Source: Dicyema japonicum (taxonomy: Eukaryota > Animalia > Dicyemida). Taken from it: DNA of 64,000 nucleotides. The stretch covers positions 184,838 through 248,837 of the forward strand of contig RDEW01000018.1 in assembly GCA_011109175.1 (NCBI GenBank), read 5' to 3'. How positions within the stretch are numbered: position 1 is the stretch's first letter; each line of letters opens with the position of its first letter. The notes beneath the pieces are model-generated. The model was not told where the DNA came from and ran no database searches. It was given only the letters and a program-made list of their open reading frames with translations. The translations under genes were made by a program, and so were the position numbers. Below, piece after piece: positions 26,430-39,004 of this stretch.

Positions 26430-27640
26430 CCGTTTCTCCTCAAAACGGACTTGTCTAAGTTCTCCCATATTTTGTGCAACTCATGATTCGAATCCAGATC
26501 ATAGTATATCCTACCCTTCCTCGTTCCAACCTTTGCCTATCCAATGTTTTCTGAGTCCATCATTCATCCATTCACACGAAAAGTGGAACAACAAGTTACA
26601 TCAATTTTAAAATGAAGCTATTTTTTCCACGGAGTTTACATAATTTAGACATTCTGGCGAAGACGATCAAAACATCGAGGATAATGGGGCATAATCACTA
26701 AGACTTTGATGTGAAGAGCCTCAAATCATGAATATGTCAAGGGCCTCGAGTTTGTATATCAAAGAATTCAAAAAGAACAAGTACCACTCTCTGGAGAAGC
26801 GATAGTTCTTCAACTCATCCCATTGAGACTTAAAGAGTTTTGGCCACTTCTGATTATTGACAAAGTCGAAACCTGGCCGATGAAGGACATTTGTATCGCG
26901 GTATTGGTAGGTAACTCAATCGTATCTACTTGGCAGAAGGTTTCTTTCATATATTCTATTCATTCTAGTGGAAGGATGGGGGTAACAAAGATCATTTGAT
27001 TTCCCCACTTCACTTGGTCAATAATTGATAGGGTTCCCTTCAATCATTTGAGATGTTCACAGGGGTGGTTCTGGATTGGGATGTCTCCCTGTAACTATGG
27101 GAACTGGATAAACTTAATCGCTAATAAATCCCCAAGTCGGGCACCAGCCACCTATTATGGGTTTGATAGCAAAAAACTCAGTTTCACCACATTTTAGGAT
27201 TGTGTAAAAATTGCCTTATACTGGAGAAATCGATACTTTGTAATCCTCCATCCATGGGAACAAGGCCGAGTGTGCTTTCCAAAACTGATGTATTCAGTAT
27301 TTTGAGATCTTTTTTCCAAATGAAAATTGGATAACGAATCTAAGATTCCTAGCTTGAATTTCTTAACCCCCACGGTGGGGATTTACATTATAGACCCTAT
27401 TATTAATCAATCTACGTCATCCCAGTCTGATGAAATTAAGTAATTTTCCAAAACAACCAGCATATTTTTGAATCTAAAAAAAACAAATGAAAACGTGGAT
27501 ATTTTTAAAATGAAGTCAAAAAACGATTCATTAGTGACTTCTAATCTGAAGCAAAATCAATAGTCATATTGATCAGAATAAAAATTGCTTTTACCGGAAA
27601 CATCGGTAAGATCCTTCCGCTTTTTATTTCCGCGGCCATT
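26430..27640 (-). other. Possible fragmented multi-exon gene of unknown product
   Basis: Several stop-free stretches (e.g. YQYRDTNVLHRPGFDFVNNQKWPKLFKSQWDELKNYRFSRE) and micro-intron-like GT..AG segments; no consistent spliced frame could be built. Confidence 0.25.
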
Positions 27641-28400
27641 ACTTCCACCACAAAAATATGATTTTTTATTAAGATTACTACAATCTCGGTAAAATATTTA
27701 AAACACAAAAATTCGTGATCTGGTGTTTCTAGGGTTCATCATTTAGTCGATTTACGTAAGAAGATCCAATGACGAGCAGCCATGTTCGTCATTGGCGATA
27801 AAATATTTGTGCAAAATTTAACATCTGATATTCCCAACATGAAGCTAAAAGCTCATTTGTAGAAAGAAAACAATAATAGTCTTGATGTGATATCTAGTTT
27901 TCTAGATACTTGAAGAAGTCCCCAAGATATTGGATGACGTCATGTCAAATGAAAAAAGGAGTACACGACAATGAAAGGAGCACAGGACATTGGTCCCAGC
28001 ATTTTCAGGCACCTATGTCGGATCTTTAGTTAATCATAACTCGCGTGGACTCAGTTATACCGATGACTAACTGTCAGTCTGTTCTAAGTCAATGGTCTGA
28101 AAACGAGTTCCCTCTTCCAAGCTCCCATGAGAAATGAGATATTTTCAATAATCGTAACATGGCAGGGTTAAAATTGTCCGAGGTCCAAACTGAGATTAGT
28201 TTTGAAATTAAAAGTATTATCAATGTTTAATAATAAAATTAATTATATTAAAAAATATTATTAATTTTAATATTTAAATTGTTAAATAACACTGGAAAAC
28301 CTAATAAAATAAACTTTCAAATAACATTATCTAGTTATCCCAAATATTGTTAATTTTTCCTTGTCCTGCTATTTCTAACTTAAATTTCTATATTCAAACA

Positions 28401-29219
28401 ATGGAAATACAGAAAAGAGAAAAGATCCTACAAAAATTTTCCAGCATTGTCAATTTTTATATAAATACTTACCCATTTACTTCAGAATCAGCGAAAAGTC
28501 TCTGCACAATCCGCCAACAGCTCAAGTAATCACCTAAATTTACTAACAATTTTAGCATTTCGATGAGCCGATTCTTCTCGGAACTTAAAATAGCCTTATC
28601 CAACAAACCAGCTAACAGCCCGAATAAGCAAACACTGTAATATCGCTTTTCTTACTTTAGAACCGAATTAAACCAATTCCTGTGTTTCTACGCGCAAAAC
28701 TTTAAGCCAAAAAGTCAAGTTTTAGGCAATCACAGGGAAATCGCAGACAGATTTGCTACCACGAAAAAATCCGTTCAAGTATTCAAAACTTTTAACGGTA
28801 TTCTTTAAAAAGCCTAATTTTCTCTTCAGAAGTGGGGGATGAGGTATTCTATATGCGCAAGACACGTGACTACTCTGTACAGACTGAATTTGCAGCAAGT
28901 GGACAGTCGATGGATAAAAGTCAGGTGCTTCGTGATCTATAGCATAGGATGACGCGGAATCAGGGGAGGTGGATTCTGCGGAAAGCGATTTCTCGCTAAA
29001 ACGGAATGGAGGAGATCAAAACTTAACGGAAAGGAACGGCAGTCACTCGAAAATGCTAAAAATTACGATTCCAGTTGATTTGTCGGTTTATTCCGCTAGG
29101 TTCTGACTGACACCTGTTGTATAAAGTTGATCGCCGCAAAAAACGTAGCCGTGGAAAACGGAGGAAGTAAGATCCGATGCAACGGACTCAAAGAAATTGA
29201 CACAAAATTAATTGAATAA
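28401..29219 (+). CDS. Orphan six-exon gene, 227 aa, unknown function
   Basis: Introns 28526-28555, 28637-28660, 28798-28829, 28925-28947, 29074-29099 (30, 24, 32, 23, 26 nt; all GT-AG) give one uninterrupted 684-nt frame from ATG 28401 to TAA 29217-29219; AT-rich tracts on both sides. Confidence 0.8.
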
Positions 29220-30184
29220 CAATTTTGTAATTTTCATTTTTAATAAATTTTAATTTTTATTTGGTCATTAAATTATTGCAAATTAAATTCCTTGTTTGTC
29301 AATAAATTGGTTACTCATTGGTTGATCTCTGGATCGTCCGCTCTTGGCTCTGACGTTCTTGTTGACCACCGGTTTCTTTTACTCGAAGCGACCGGGGGTA
29401 AACAATTATTGGTTCTCTGAGACTTGGGTTTTTTGGCTGCTCAGTTAAGTAATCTCTTATGGGGGCCACGTGCTAGATACTGGAAGATACAACCTAAGCC
29501 GTGATTTATTGGTTACGATTAGCAACCAGTGGTCTTCAATTACTATTAAATTTTTAAGTGTGTCAATCGATTTACCAACATGAAAATAGCACGTGCAGTC
29601 ATCTTGTGTGTTTCGTAAATTATTTAAATTAACCAATTAACTCCTAGTTTGATGGTATCCCCAATAGTTGTCCTGTCTGCACTGGCAAGGTAAATTCAAG
29701 CAAAACTTAAACGAAAATTGTTTAGTGTTTCTAACTTCCACTTTAATGGTTAGGTGGGAGATATAAGTTAGTCGATAGCACCCCCACGTTCCCGTGGGCA
29801 TATGGATACATAGGGTTTCGCTTGTGCTGTACTTCTTATTATCTTTTCTTCTTGTTTCTCCCTTCCAACACCCGTCCTTGCACGTTTCCTTAGTTCGCTA
29901 GAGGACGTCTTTTCCAATATGGGGGTTAAATTGATTTAAGCGAGTTAAGATAGTTGGGGGAGACGAACTTAATTAACTTTATATTACAAAGGCAAATACG
30001 GCGGATGTGGATTCGAGATTTATTTTGGATTCTGTAGATCTCATTTAGATCGATAAATCCCATAAACTCTGAAATTAATGAAAATCGGAGTATGAAGGAA
30101 CAATTTTTTATCAAAAATTTCGAAATTCTGGTTTACTTTATTTTACCAATCGAGAACAAAGTAAACGAATTAATTCTAAGTACC

Positions 30185-30375
30185 TTAGTGGTTAGTATGT
30201 CAAGTCGTTAATAATACTCCATAAGTTTGATCCCCCGATGACTAGTTTACCTAAGATTTCTCTTCATTTTCTACGTTTCTTATCTTCCCCTGTTTTACTA
30301 GAGTGGGGTCATGTGATCCACCTTCTTAAAACGGCGCAGTGTCAGGATGGTTTAAAGAGGATTATCTGATCTCCT
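30185..30375 (+). mobile_element. SINE-like family A copy with the most tRNA-like head
   Basis: tagtggttagtat...gtttgatcccccgatg resembles the A-box and B-box arms of tRNA-Asp/Glu; followed by the CT-rich linker and gagtggggtcatgtgatccacc core. Confidence 0.7.
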
Positions 30376-31781
30376 TAGAAGAGTCACCTCCATATCCGAG
30401 TTAGTCGTCTCTCTTTTTCCCGCAGCTACCAGATAGTAGTTCCCCAAGTTGGCTCGAAGCAGAGATGAACTCTTCATCAGACACCTTCATGTTCAGAGTT
30501 TTCTTCGGTACAATTGAGTGGATAAAGTCCTCGTTGCTTTTCAGAAAATTTATCCATACAACTCCACCCAAAATCATAACCAGTCTTACTGTGAAATTCG
30601 TAATGGAATGAGATCTCCTGTAAGAAGATCACATTTTGCCCCTAAACCTGTTTTATAAGTACGTAGTCTTCCTATGGCTAGCGTGAGAGGCAATGCCGTA
30701 TCGATTAATCGGCGAGGACAAACTTGGTTTCTCAAAGGACACCAATATAACACGTTTTGAAGCATTTTAATGATTTACGTTGGATAATTAAATTATTCAC
30801 AAATATGCGCATGAAATATACAAAATTGAAGAAGCATAAAATATAGGACCAAAAAGTTAAACTGTTTCATTCACGTGGCATTTAAGATCAATTGAAACAC
30901 AAATTGCCTCAACTTCGGAATTCCCTACAGAATTCTATTTACCGGGGTTAGTGTTCATGGGGTTGCTCATGTCTGGTGAACATTGTGTGCTATCAAACTA
31001 TTTTTCCCTGCCGGCATAATTGACGCGCTGTTGGCTTTCACACAAAAATAGAAATCGACTGAGGGACCCATTGGTTTTACGGACTTCATGGCTTCTGAAT
31101 GTGGTCAGACACCCCAGAATCCTGAGGAAACAAAGACTTCCAGTTATCTCGTCAATAATCGCGCACAACAAAAAACAGTTATATACACTATTAATCACAA
31201 TATAGTTATGACGTCATCGTTTATGACATATTTTTTTAATGTAAAATAAAGACCGGGTAGCCACGTGGTTAATTGTAGAATGGCTCATATAATGACGTTT
31301 TCTACTACATAAAATGTCGACTTAACTCCATGATGTATGAAAACCCTTATCCTCTTTTCGTGACCATAGGCCCCGTCGAGGGTTAGACATTATATTGTTG
31401 TTCGTACTGATTAAAGCTTTTCTCAAAAGGTTCCTGAACCATTCAAAATTGAGGGAGATTAAAATATGACCGATTATAACTATCCGAATAGTCATATCCT
31501 CAGAAACTCATTTCCTCTTAGAAGAACTACTTCCATTTCACCACCACTGTTGTTCTCTTCCTAATTAACCTCACTGTCCACACCCAGCTTTGTTGTCAAC
31601 TCCAAAAATGGTTAAACTCAGAGAAAAGCTTTCAACTATCTCCCTCCATACCACAAGTTAAATACCACACATGCGACTCATCAAAGTGATCTTACGGCTA
31701 AAGATCACCTGACTCCTACCCAAAGAAAATTCACAAAAAATTAGAAGATAATATTAACAAAAATTATTAAAAAGAACGAAA

Positions 31782-33185
31782 TCAATTATTTCCTAAATTT
31801 TTATCAAAATCCGAGATCTCCCTTTGAACTTTATTAAAGAAATATCGTCCCACAGCCTCTGGAATCCAATCCTGGTAGTAAAACTCTGAGTGCCGTTCAT
31901 TTTCCACATTCCTCTCAGAACCAGAGACAACCTACAACACCCTTATCCGCTACCTCAAAATCCTTAGACTGGGAGGACAACCACTTGAACATAAATTTAA
32001 CTGGATTCTCAGAAAATTCCTTGAAAAACTCATAATTGATCCTCGAAAGACTGATCTCTTCTATTAGATTGTGGATCTATGACTCAAACCTACGTTATAC
32101 AGTGTCATCATATTCCTCCAACTGTCTCTGAAAGTCCCCAGTCATCAGGAAAGTCTTCCTTCTCTCGACGTCCTCGGAGTTCTAGAATGATCGACCACAC
32201 AAACAATTTCCACGGGAATATCGAAATAAGAGCGATTCACAGGAGTTCGGAGATCAGTCCTACAACAACCACCAAAATCCAACTTTACTACAAAGTTGAG
32301 GACAAATGGGTCCGGTGGAGTCAGCAATTTCTGAACACGACTGGAAAGCTCGTCAAATGGCATTCTTTTGACTCCAAAGACCTACAGGGAGTCAAAGGAC
32401 TACAACTTTGCGAAACCCAGCATCACAGTTGATGTGGTACCGGTCTGAATGATCTTGAAGTTTGTTGGTTTTGATGTACTGCCACAAAGCTGCGATTATC
32501 ACTGTGCGCGTGCTGGGAGAAAAAATTCCTATTAGGTTGGCGAGTCTTCTCTCAGGTTTGAATTTAGGCGGCTAAAAAATTTAGTTTGACGTGGCAACCT
32601 CGTTGTTGAGAGAAATGTAGATTTTACAGGCTACATCACAGTTTCCTGGCCGACTAATCTGAAATCCTGCAGTTTCTTCACAATTTTGAACTCTGTTCCA
32701 TTCAAAGAGGTGGTTTTCTGGACCATATTGCTCTCGGTCTAGCTCCACGACCAAACTCTTTATAAAATTCGACATTTTTAATTTATTTGGAACCTCTTGG
32801 GTTATATTTTTAACCTAAATCTTTAATTCGCAAAAGAAAACGTCCACTAATTGACCTTCAATCTTCAAAACCCAGCTGGGGATGGAAACTTCCCCATACT
32901 CTCTCGAATTCATCGCCGGCGTGAAAATTGAGGTCAAAAATACTCGCAAAGTGGAATTTTTCCAAATAAAATTACAAATTACTGTATTGGTCCTCTTTAC
33001 AGCTTCGCTTATTTCGAGTTTTTTCCGTTTTATAAGCCTTTCCAATTTCCTCTCCAATTGAAGAGATTTGTAGAACGAATCTCTGCATTCCATCATCTCC
33101 ATTATATGCTGCGGGAGAATATTTTCGTTTAGACGATTTTGATGCCTGTTTATGAAAATTAGCTCTGTTACTTTTCAGAGTACAT
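31782..33185 (-). CDS. SMARCD: SWI/SNF (BAF) subunit BAF60 with SWIB domain
   Basis: Spliced product ILPQHIMEMMECRDSFYKSLQLERKLE..KRKKLEI, FIKSLVVELDREQYGPENHLFEWNR, TRTVIIAALWQYIKTNKLQD, ERHSEFYYQDWIPEAVGRYF is colinear with SMARCD1. About nine introns of 21-27 nt; ATG at 33185, TGA at 31782-31784. Confidence 0.95.
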
Positions 33186-34229
33186 GAGACAAAACAAAAT
33201 TTATTATTTAAAATTATTTATTCGCTCAATTTATTTTTAAATTTAATTTTGAATATTTAACTTTTTCAAACTATTCGGTTTTTTGTAGGTTTGGATAGTT
33301 TTGAGTTAGGATGTCATATTTATAATTATTCTCCCGCTTCCCTTTCCTCTGTATCTTTCTCCGATCGATTAGCGTGACGTCATGCGATCCTTTTGTATTT
33401 GGAGAGATCAATGGCGAGATGTCATTGTAAACGATCATTTGTTCTTCTACCTCCGCTCATCATTTTTTGTGAGAGTACACACAACTGTGTTTTTGGATGT
33501 ATTTATGTTTGCCTGGAATGACCTGCATTTCTGCGATTGTGAGAACTTGATACAATTAATTTGTTTTAACTTTATTCTCTATTCATCGATGGGTAATGAA
33601 AACTGCACTTTAAGTAGGACTTTGATATTCTAAAGTTTATGAATCTCATGTTGGCGGTTCATTCTAAAAACTGAGAGATGAGATTTCGTGTCTTTTGTCT
33701 TGAGGTGGCACATTGGATAATTACTAACGTTATTAATTCTGAATTTTGCATTTACTTCCACGTGGGATACAATTTTTTAATTGATTGTATTTCAATCGAA
33801 TATCCACTTGGATTATTAATGATTCGTGAAGTTTATGTTAAAAGAAAAAAAGTTTTATTTACCCATTTACGCTGGAAAAGTATAAACAGTTGTATTAAAA
33901 TTTTTTTTATGTTACGTGTATCTCACATTTGCTACGGAATTGTGGTTTCCGGATTAAATTTCATTATCCTGAGATGGATAAATCAATATCATCCATCATT
34001 TGTGGTCAAAAATAACTCACGTCGTCATTTGTTTACAAAACTTGGCTATCCTCCTTAGCCTGTTGTAGCATGATAGGCGTTTTGCTAAATGCTGCGACTA
34101 TACGCTAAAAATTTAACATATGTTTGTAATAGTAATGACAGTGTATATGCAATCACAGTAACCCCTTATTATTAATGAGGACTCCCAAGAAAACATAAAT
34201 TAATCAAGTCTCCCTTGTGCAATATTCCG

Positions 34230-34440
34230 AATCATCCTCTACGTCAGCCTCGACCATGGTCTTTTGTTGCGCGCTAGTTCTCTTAGGTCGTCCGTCGAAG
34301 TTAGTCTCATACCAACCGGTTGGAGGGAGAGAGGCTATTGACACAGATAGCGTCTCAGTCAAGGTATTTACCCCTTTCCAGTGGGAAGAGAGTAGTTCCG
34401 CCCGGTCTCAGTTGGCTTGAGCAAGTCCAAGCGGCTCCAA
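34230..34440 (-). mobile_element. RTE LINE 3' fragment
   Basis: Inverted near-copy of 38670-38780 (gagactaacttcgacggacgacctaagagaactagcgcgcaac). Confidence 0.8.
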
Positions 34441-34499
34441 TTGAACATAATTGATTTTTTTAATTTATTGATTTTTTTATAGAAAGAATTTTTTATGGT

Positions 34500-34720
34500 G
34501 GATCTCCTCGGAAATTATGAAAAAATCCAATGATTCCATCCTTCGAAGAATCGCAGAAATAGGAAAAAATATTGAATGTGATTAATGAACTGTATCCAAA
34601 TTTGTGGAACTTGATCTCTCAGATAAACTTACACTTTCCATCTTCATTTCTTGTTGAAAGAGGATATCACAAAGATAGAAATTTCCTTCCCGTAAATATA
34701 AAATATTATCTAGCTTTGTG
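34500..34720 (+). mobile_element. hAT transposase C-terminal (dimerization domain) remnant
   Basis: YPNLWNLISQINLHFPSSFLVERG; downstream taggtcaa/ttgacttt motifs resemble the subterminal motifs of the hAT at 40757. Confidence 0.65.
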
Positions 34721-35039
34721 TGTAAAAAAATAAAAAACTAAACCAACTTTTCAATTTTAGGTCAACTTTTTGCAATTATTAGGTCAACAATTACAATTTT
34801 GGGGAAATTTAATTGACTTTTTGTCAATTTTATTTTGTTTTAAGGACAACTTTTCAGCTGATTACAAAGTCGATCAAAAATATCCTTGTTGTTCTGGATT
34901 ACAACCGAGAGAATCACCAAACTTTTGTGGTTGCCCCTCAACCTATGGTATCTGACCGGTATCTGAACAGATTCAATGGAAATTCTCGATTCTTCTTTGG
35001 AACGACGGTGTGAGGTGAATAAAGTACAAATCGATTTTG

Positions 35040-35430
35040 CGGCCGAAATCGTAAAAATGGCAATCAATTAAGGTTTCAACTTGAGTCGAAAGATTGAGTG
35101 TTGCCATGATTAAATCATCCGCGTAGGTTATTAACAAGGAGTCTTCGTCCTTGTCAGTTGTTAAGTCGTGGAGGAATAGCTTGAATAGAGTAGGAGAAAG
35201 CGAAGAACCCTAGGGTACTCCGTTTGGTAGTAACCGTGACCTTGATCTGAGGTGACCACAGATGATTCTCCATAGAGAGAAGGTTGACCAACCACAGCTT
35301 TAGGTTTGGATGAATTTTTGAAGCAAAAATCTTCCCAATGAGAAGTTTCCTCGGGACTTTGTCGAAGGTCTTTTTTATGTCGTTGGTGTGTCGGAATAGC
35401 ATTGAATCCATTTGATGAGAGAGTTCTTCC
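35040..35430 (-). mobile_element. LINE RT fragment
   Basis: DIKKTFDKVPRKLLIGKIFASKIHPNLKLWLVNLL, and a downstream YADD motif. Confidence 0.75.
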
Positions 35431-35556
35431 AAATAATTCTCTAATAGTAAATAAACACTAATTAAGCTAATTTAATAATTTTTAACAACATATAATAAAA
35501 TTAAATTATTTTATTTAAATTAAAATGCAGAAAACTTAAGTGGTGATTGCCAAGAA

Positions 35557-36289
35557 ATGGACATAAGCTACAAAGTTGATAAGTCTGTGGAAAATAAGAG
35601 AATGTATACTTGCTATGGCAGTGTATATGCAAACTCTAGTGACTCCGTAACCACCAGACTCTCTCTAATTTGTGGATTAAACAAGGATATGGAAGATCAG
35701 GAGTTCAGAGATTCAATCACCATATACAAACAAAGTAACACAAAACCTTATCCCAGAGCTCCCTACAGGTGAGGAACAAAGTCTCACAGTGCGCAGAACC
35801 ACGGAAGCCAAGGATGGCCAATGGTTAGACGCATCAACTTACTCAAAGCTACCTAATATACTACGGAATGGTTGACTCTGATCAGAAAACACCGCTAATA
35901 ATGACCCGAACATTCGTTCAGTGCTCTGCGGATCACCGAATTGGCAAATTTTTGGAAGAAATTGGATTTGAGTATAACTTTTGGTGAGAAGCAGAGTTTC
36001 AAACGATTTTATTACCGAGGGACAAATTTTCCGTCACGGAAACGTGAAAATCACTTTGTACAGGATAACACCGTCAAAGGGTCAGTTTGTGGCCGCCTTC
36101 AACGATTCATTAGTCTTAGAGATGTGCCTGATATCCAATGGGCAGGTTTATGGTTCAATAATCATTAGGATAACCCCCACGGACAATTGAAGCCAGTGAT
36201 TGAAACTCTCTCATCGTATTGGCTTTGTGATTTATTGTAGATATGTTGATTTTTATAACATCAACAAAGAAAGCGGGCTTTTTGGTTAA
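35557..36289 (+). CDS. MED18: Mediator of RNA polymerase II transcription subunit 18
   Basis: Introns 35735-35756, 35824-35848, 35972-35994, 36146-36168, 36216-36240 (22-25 nt) give an intact frame: ..YGSV..SVTTRLSLICG..YLIYYG..KFLEEIGFEVSNDFITEGQIFRHGNVKITLYRI..LVLEMCLISNGQD, matching MED18 (FLMEMGFRMDHEFVAKGHLFRKGIMKIMVYKI). Confidence 0.85.
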
Positions 36290-36419
36290 TTTTTAATTTT
36301 TGTAATAAAATCATTTAATTTATTAAATCGGTAATTGCTTCGTTACACCAGGTCTCCCTCCACCCATCACAGTCTTGTATGGGAGGAACACCGCATCAGG
36401 TTGAGGATTCTACTATACT

Positions 36420-36600
36420 TGCTGGTAGCGTGGTGGTCAGTGATGTCACTTGTCGCGATTAGTAGTGGAGTCGATTCCCACACTGCTACATATTTTGTGG
36501 AAAGGTTTCCTAATTCCAAGAGGCGTTATATAATATATTTGTCTTAGGAGAAGCCCAGTGTCTGGCAGCCATCTAAAAAGGATCACTCTCTTCCTCTCAG
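36420..36600 (+). mobile_element. Divergent SINE-like family A copy with tRNA-like head
   Basis: ggtagcgtgg..gtggagtcgattcccac (T-arm-like), followed by gcccagtgtctggcagccatctaaaaaggatcactctc. Confidence 0.5.
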
Positions 36601-36979
36601 TTCATCACTTCAAAATTCATTAACTGTGTTGTCACGTGGGTAAGGAAGCTTCATTTGAAGTGAATTTGAGGTCAGATACAACATCCCTTGTTCGTCTGAA
36701 CATCACATTCTATACGAATGGATCAGGTCTCCTCTTAGATGCTTCAACTGTCACATCAATGAACATTTAACCTGGGTTTACAAAGAAAAAAAGAGATGCC
36801 TCCATATAGTGTCATCATAATTTACCTTACTGCACGCAAATTCGGGGTCAGAGGCAACCTTGTTCAACAGGACGAGAAGCGGGTTTTTTAGGTTACAAAT
36901 GTGTTTTAGAATCTCAAAGAAATGTGGAAATACTTCCTTCGTTTGTAACTTAGGCCATGTAGTGAGAATATTTAGAGAC

Positions 36980-37390
36980 GTCATAGGGGGACAAAGATAT
37001 ATGATCGCTGGGTTAAAAATGTAGGTCGTAGGTCGACTGCCCCTAGGAGTAAGTACGTCGTGGTTTTTGAATGTAGCCAGACGTCTCATCTTCTTGAGGA
37101 AACGAACCGATTTCCCGCTTATTCTTCCAGTTGTCTCAACCACGTCGATCCGGAACGTAAACCGGCTTAACAGAAATTTGCATTTCTTTCCACGTGTCTT
37201 CAGCGCTCCCGACGATGTTGGAATGACAAAAGGAGTCGATGCACGTTGTATCCCATACCAGTGGCTTCCCCTTTTCGAACAGAAAGGTTTTAATTCTGTT
37301 TCCTTTGTCCAGGTCGATCAGTTCCAGTATGGAGGGGTAACCAGCAGATTCCAGAGCAAGAACCCACAGCCAATCGTGACTTGAGCGACA
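36980..37390 (-). mobile_element. CRE-like RLE fragment
   Basis: FEKGKPLVWDTTCIDSF and VETTGRIS motifs. Confidence 0.75.
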
Positions 37391-38149
37391 GTACTAACCA
37401 CTTCTAGTCAAAAATCTAAATTCACCTTATGGTTATTTTACACTCCAGAATTATAAGATTTAAAAAATTATTGTTAATTTTGTTCAAAAAATAGAACATT
37501 TAAAAATAAAGAATGTGGGAGATAGAGAAGTTCAGTTCAAATAATCTGTGGACTTTACTAAAGACCCTACCATATCCATTAGAAAAGTTGTTGAAAGCAG
37601 AATTGCCTAAATAAGAAGGGTTCTCAGCATTCTTATAACCAGTAATGGGGTCACTATCATTCTGAGAGTCATCTCAGAGATCCCTGAGGGTGGAACAGCA
37701 GTCATCCTTCACTTTATTTTTTCCGTTGTAGATTGATCCTTTTTTCAAGTAATTTTCTGAAATAAAATAATTCCGGAAACTTCAGCACCGCGAGTAAATT
37801 TTTGAGAATTATTTTAATATTCAAAAATGTAAAATCCTTTATTTCTTCAAGGCATCTCAGTTGAGACCTCTGGAGTTCTTGTTCCCAGCACACCGTATCG
37901 CTGAAAAGGCTGGACGTACATTAGGAGATCCTATAAAGTGCCTTATCGAAGGGTATCTACCAAGAATCATATTTTCTGCTATCATGATCCTCATTTCTTT
38001 ACATTTTTGGTTGCATGGATTCGAACCTTGATCTTCTAATCTTCCTTCTTTGATCAGAACATATGGTTTTGAGTCAGTCATCCCATCTATTCTCGCGAGA
38101 AGAACACTTTCATCCATCATGAAACTAAGGAGACAGTTCACGCAACAGA

Positions 38150-38790
38150 GCTATGTAACTACTTCAAGATTCCTACCAACAACCTCATGACTAAATAATC
38201 CTCATAATTCGAAGAGAATGATGAGTCATGGAAATGGCAAAAGAAGGTTGACTCGCTTCTAGGAGACTCTGAAGATGTTACTCGTAATATGGGGAGAGAT
38301 AGGATTAAACATCAAACTTAGAATATACAAGGTTATTGCCATCCCGGTACAAACCTACAACTCTGAGACTTGGGGAATCCCTAAACGGGAAATGGACCGC
38401 CTTGACTCTTTCACAGAGCTCAGCTCAAATCGGTAATCAAAATCTACTGGCCTATGAAGATCTCTAATGCAAACCTTTATTCTAAATGTAAATCCGGCGT
38501 GCTGTCAGATGATATTTTAAAATCAAGATGGAGCCTCTTTGGCCACGTGTTACGTCTAAATGACAAAGTTCCCTGCATATGTCGCAATGGGCAACTACTT
38601 CGCACACACAGGAACCAAATTCCGTGCAAGTCCAAGATCGACACTTCCGACAAACTTGAATGAAGACCTAGCGGTGGTTGGTTTGAGACTAACTTCGACG
38701 GACGACCTAAGAGAACTAGCGCGCAACCAAAGATCATGGTCGAGGCTGACAGAGAGGATGATTCAGAATACAGCAAAGGGAGACTTAATT
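38150..38790 (+). mobile_element. RTE LINE 3' portion
   Basis: YKVIAIPVQTYNSETW..LDSFHRAQLKS..KIYWPMKISNANLY..C..SRWSLFGHVLRL. Confidence 0.85.
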
Positions 38791-38853
38791 ACTTTTATGT
38801 TTTCTCGGGAGTGCTTTTTAACAATAATGACTATCTTTATATATGTTCCTAGG

Positions 38854-39004
38854 CGTCCATGAGACAAATGGATCACCTAATACCTCGACTAGGCATTAGA
38901 CGTCTCCTGAGACAGATGGATCAACTGATCCTTTAACTGGCACTATGCGTCTCCTGAGACAGATGGATCAACTGATCCTTTAACTGGCACTATGCGTCTC
39001 CTGA
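38854..39004. repeat. 47-bp tandem repeat (one diverged unit, two identical units, one partial)
   Basis: Unit cgtctcctgagacagatggatcaactgatcctttaactggcactatg at 38901 and 38948; diverged unit at 38854. Confidence 0.9.

Noticed and set aside
30185-30245. tRNA gene (also 36422-36487)
   Set aside because: Anticodon arm and acceptor stem do not form a proper cloverleaf; interpreted as SINE heads.
30330-30790. Spliced ORF of about 105 aa on the minus strand
   Set aside because: Several alternative intron choices give different frames, there is no homology, and it overlaps a SINE; micro-introns make chance ORFs easy to build.
38854-39004. CRISPR-like palindromic repeats
   Set aside because: No unique spacers, no cas genes, and the context is eukaryotic.
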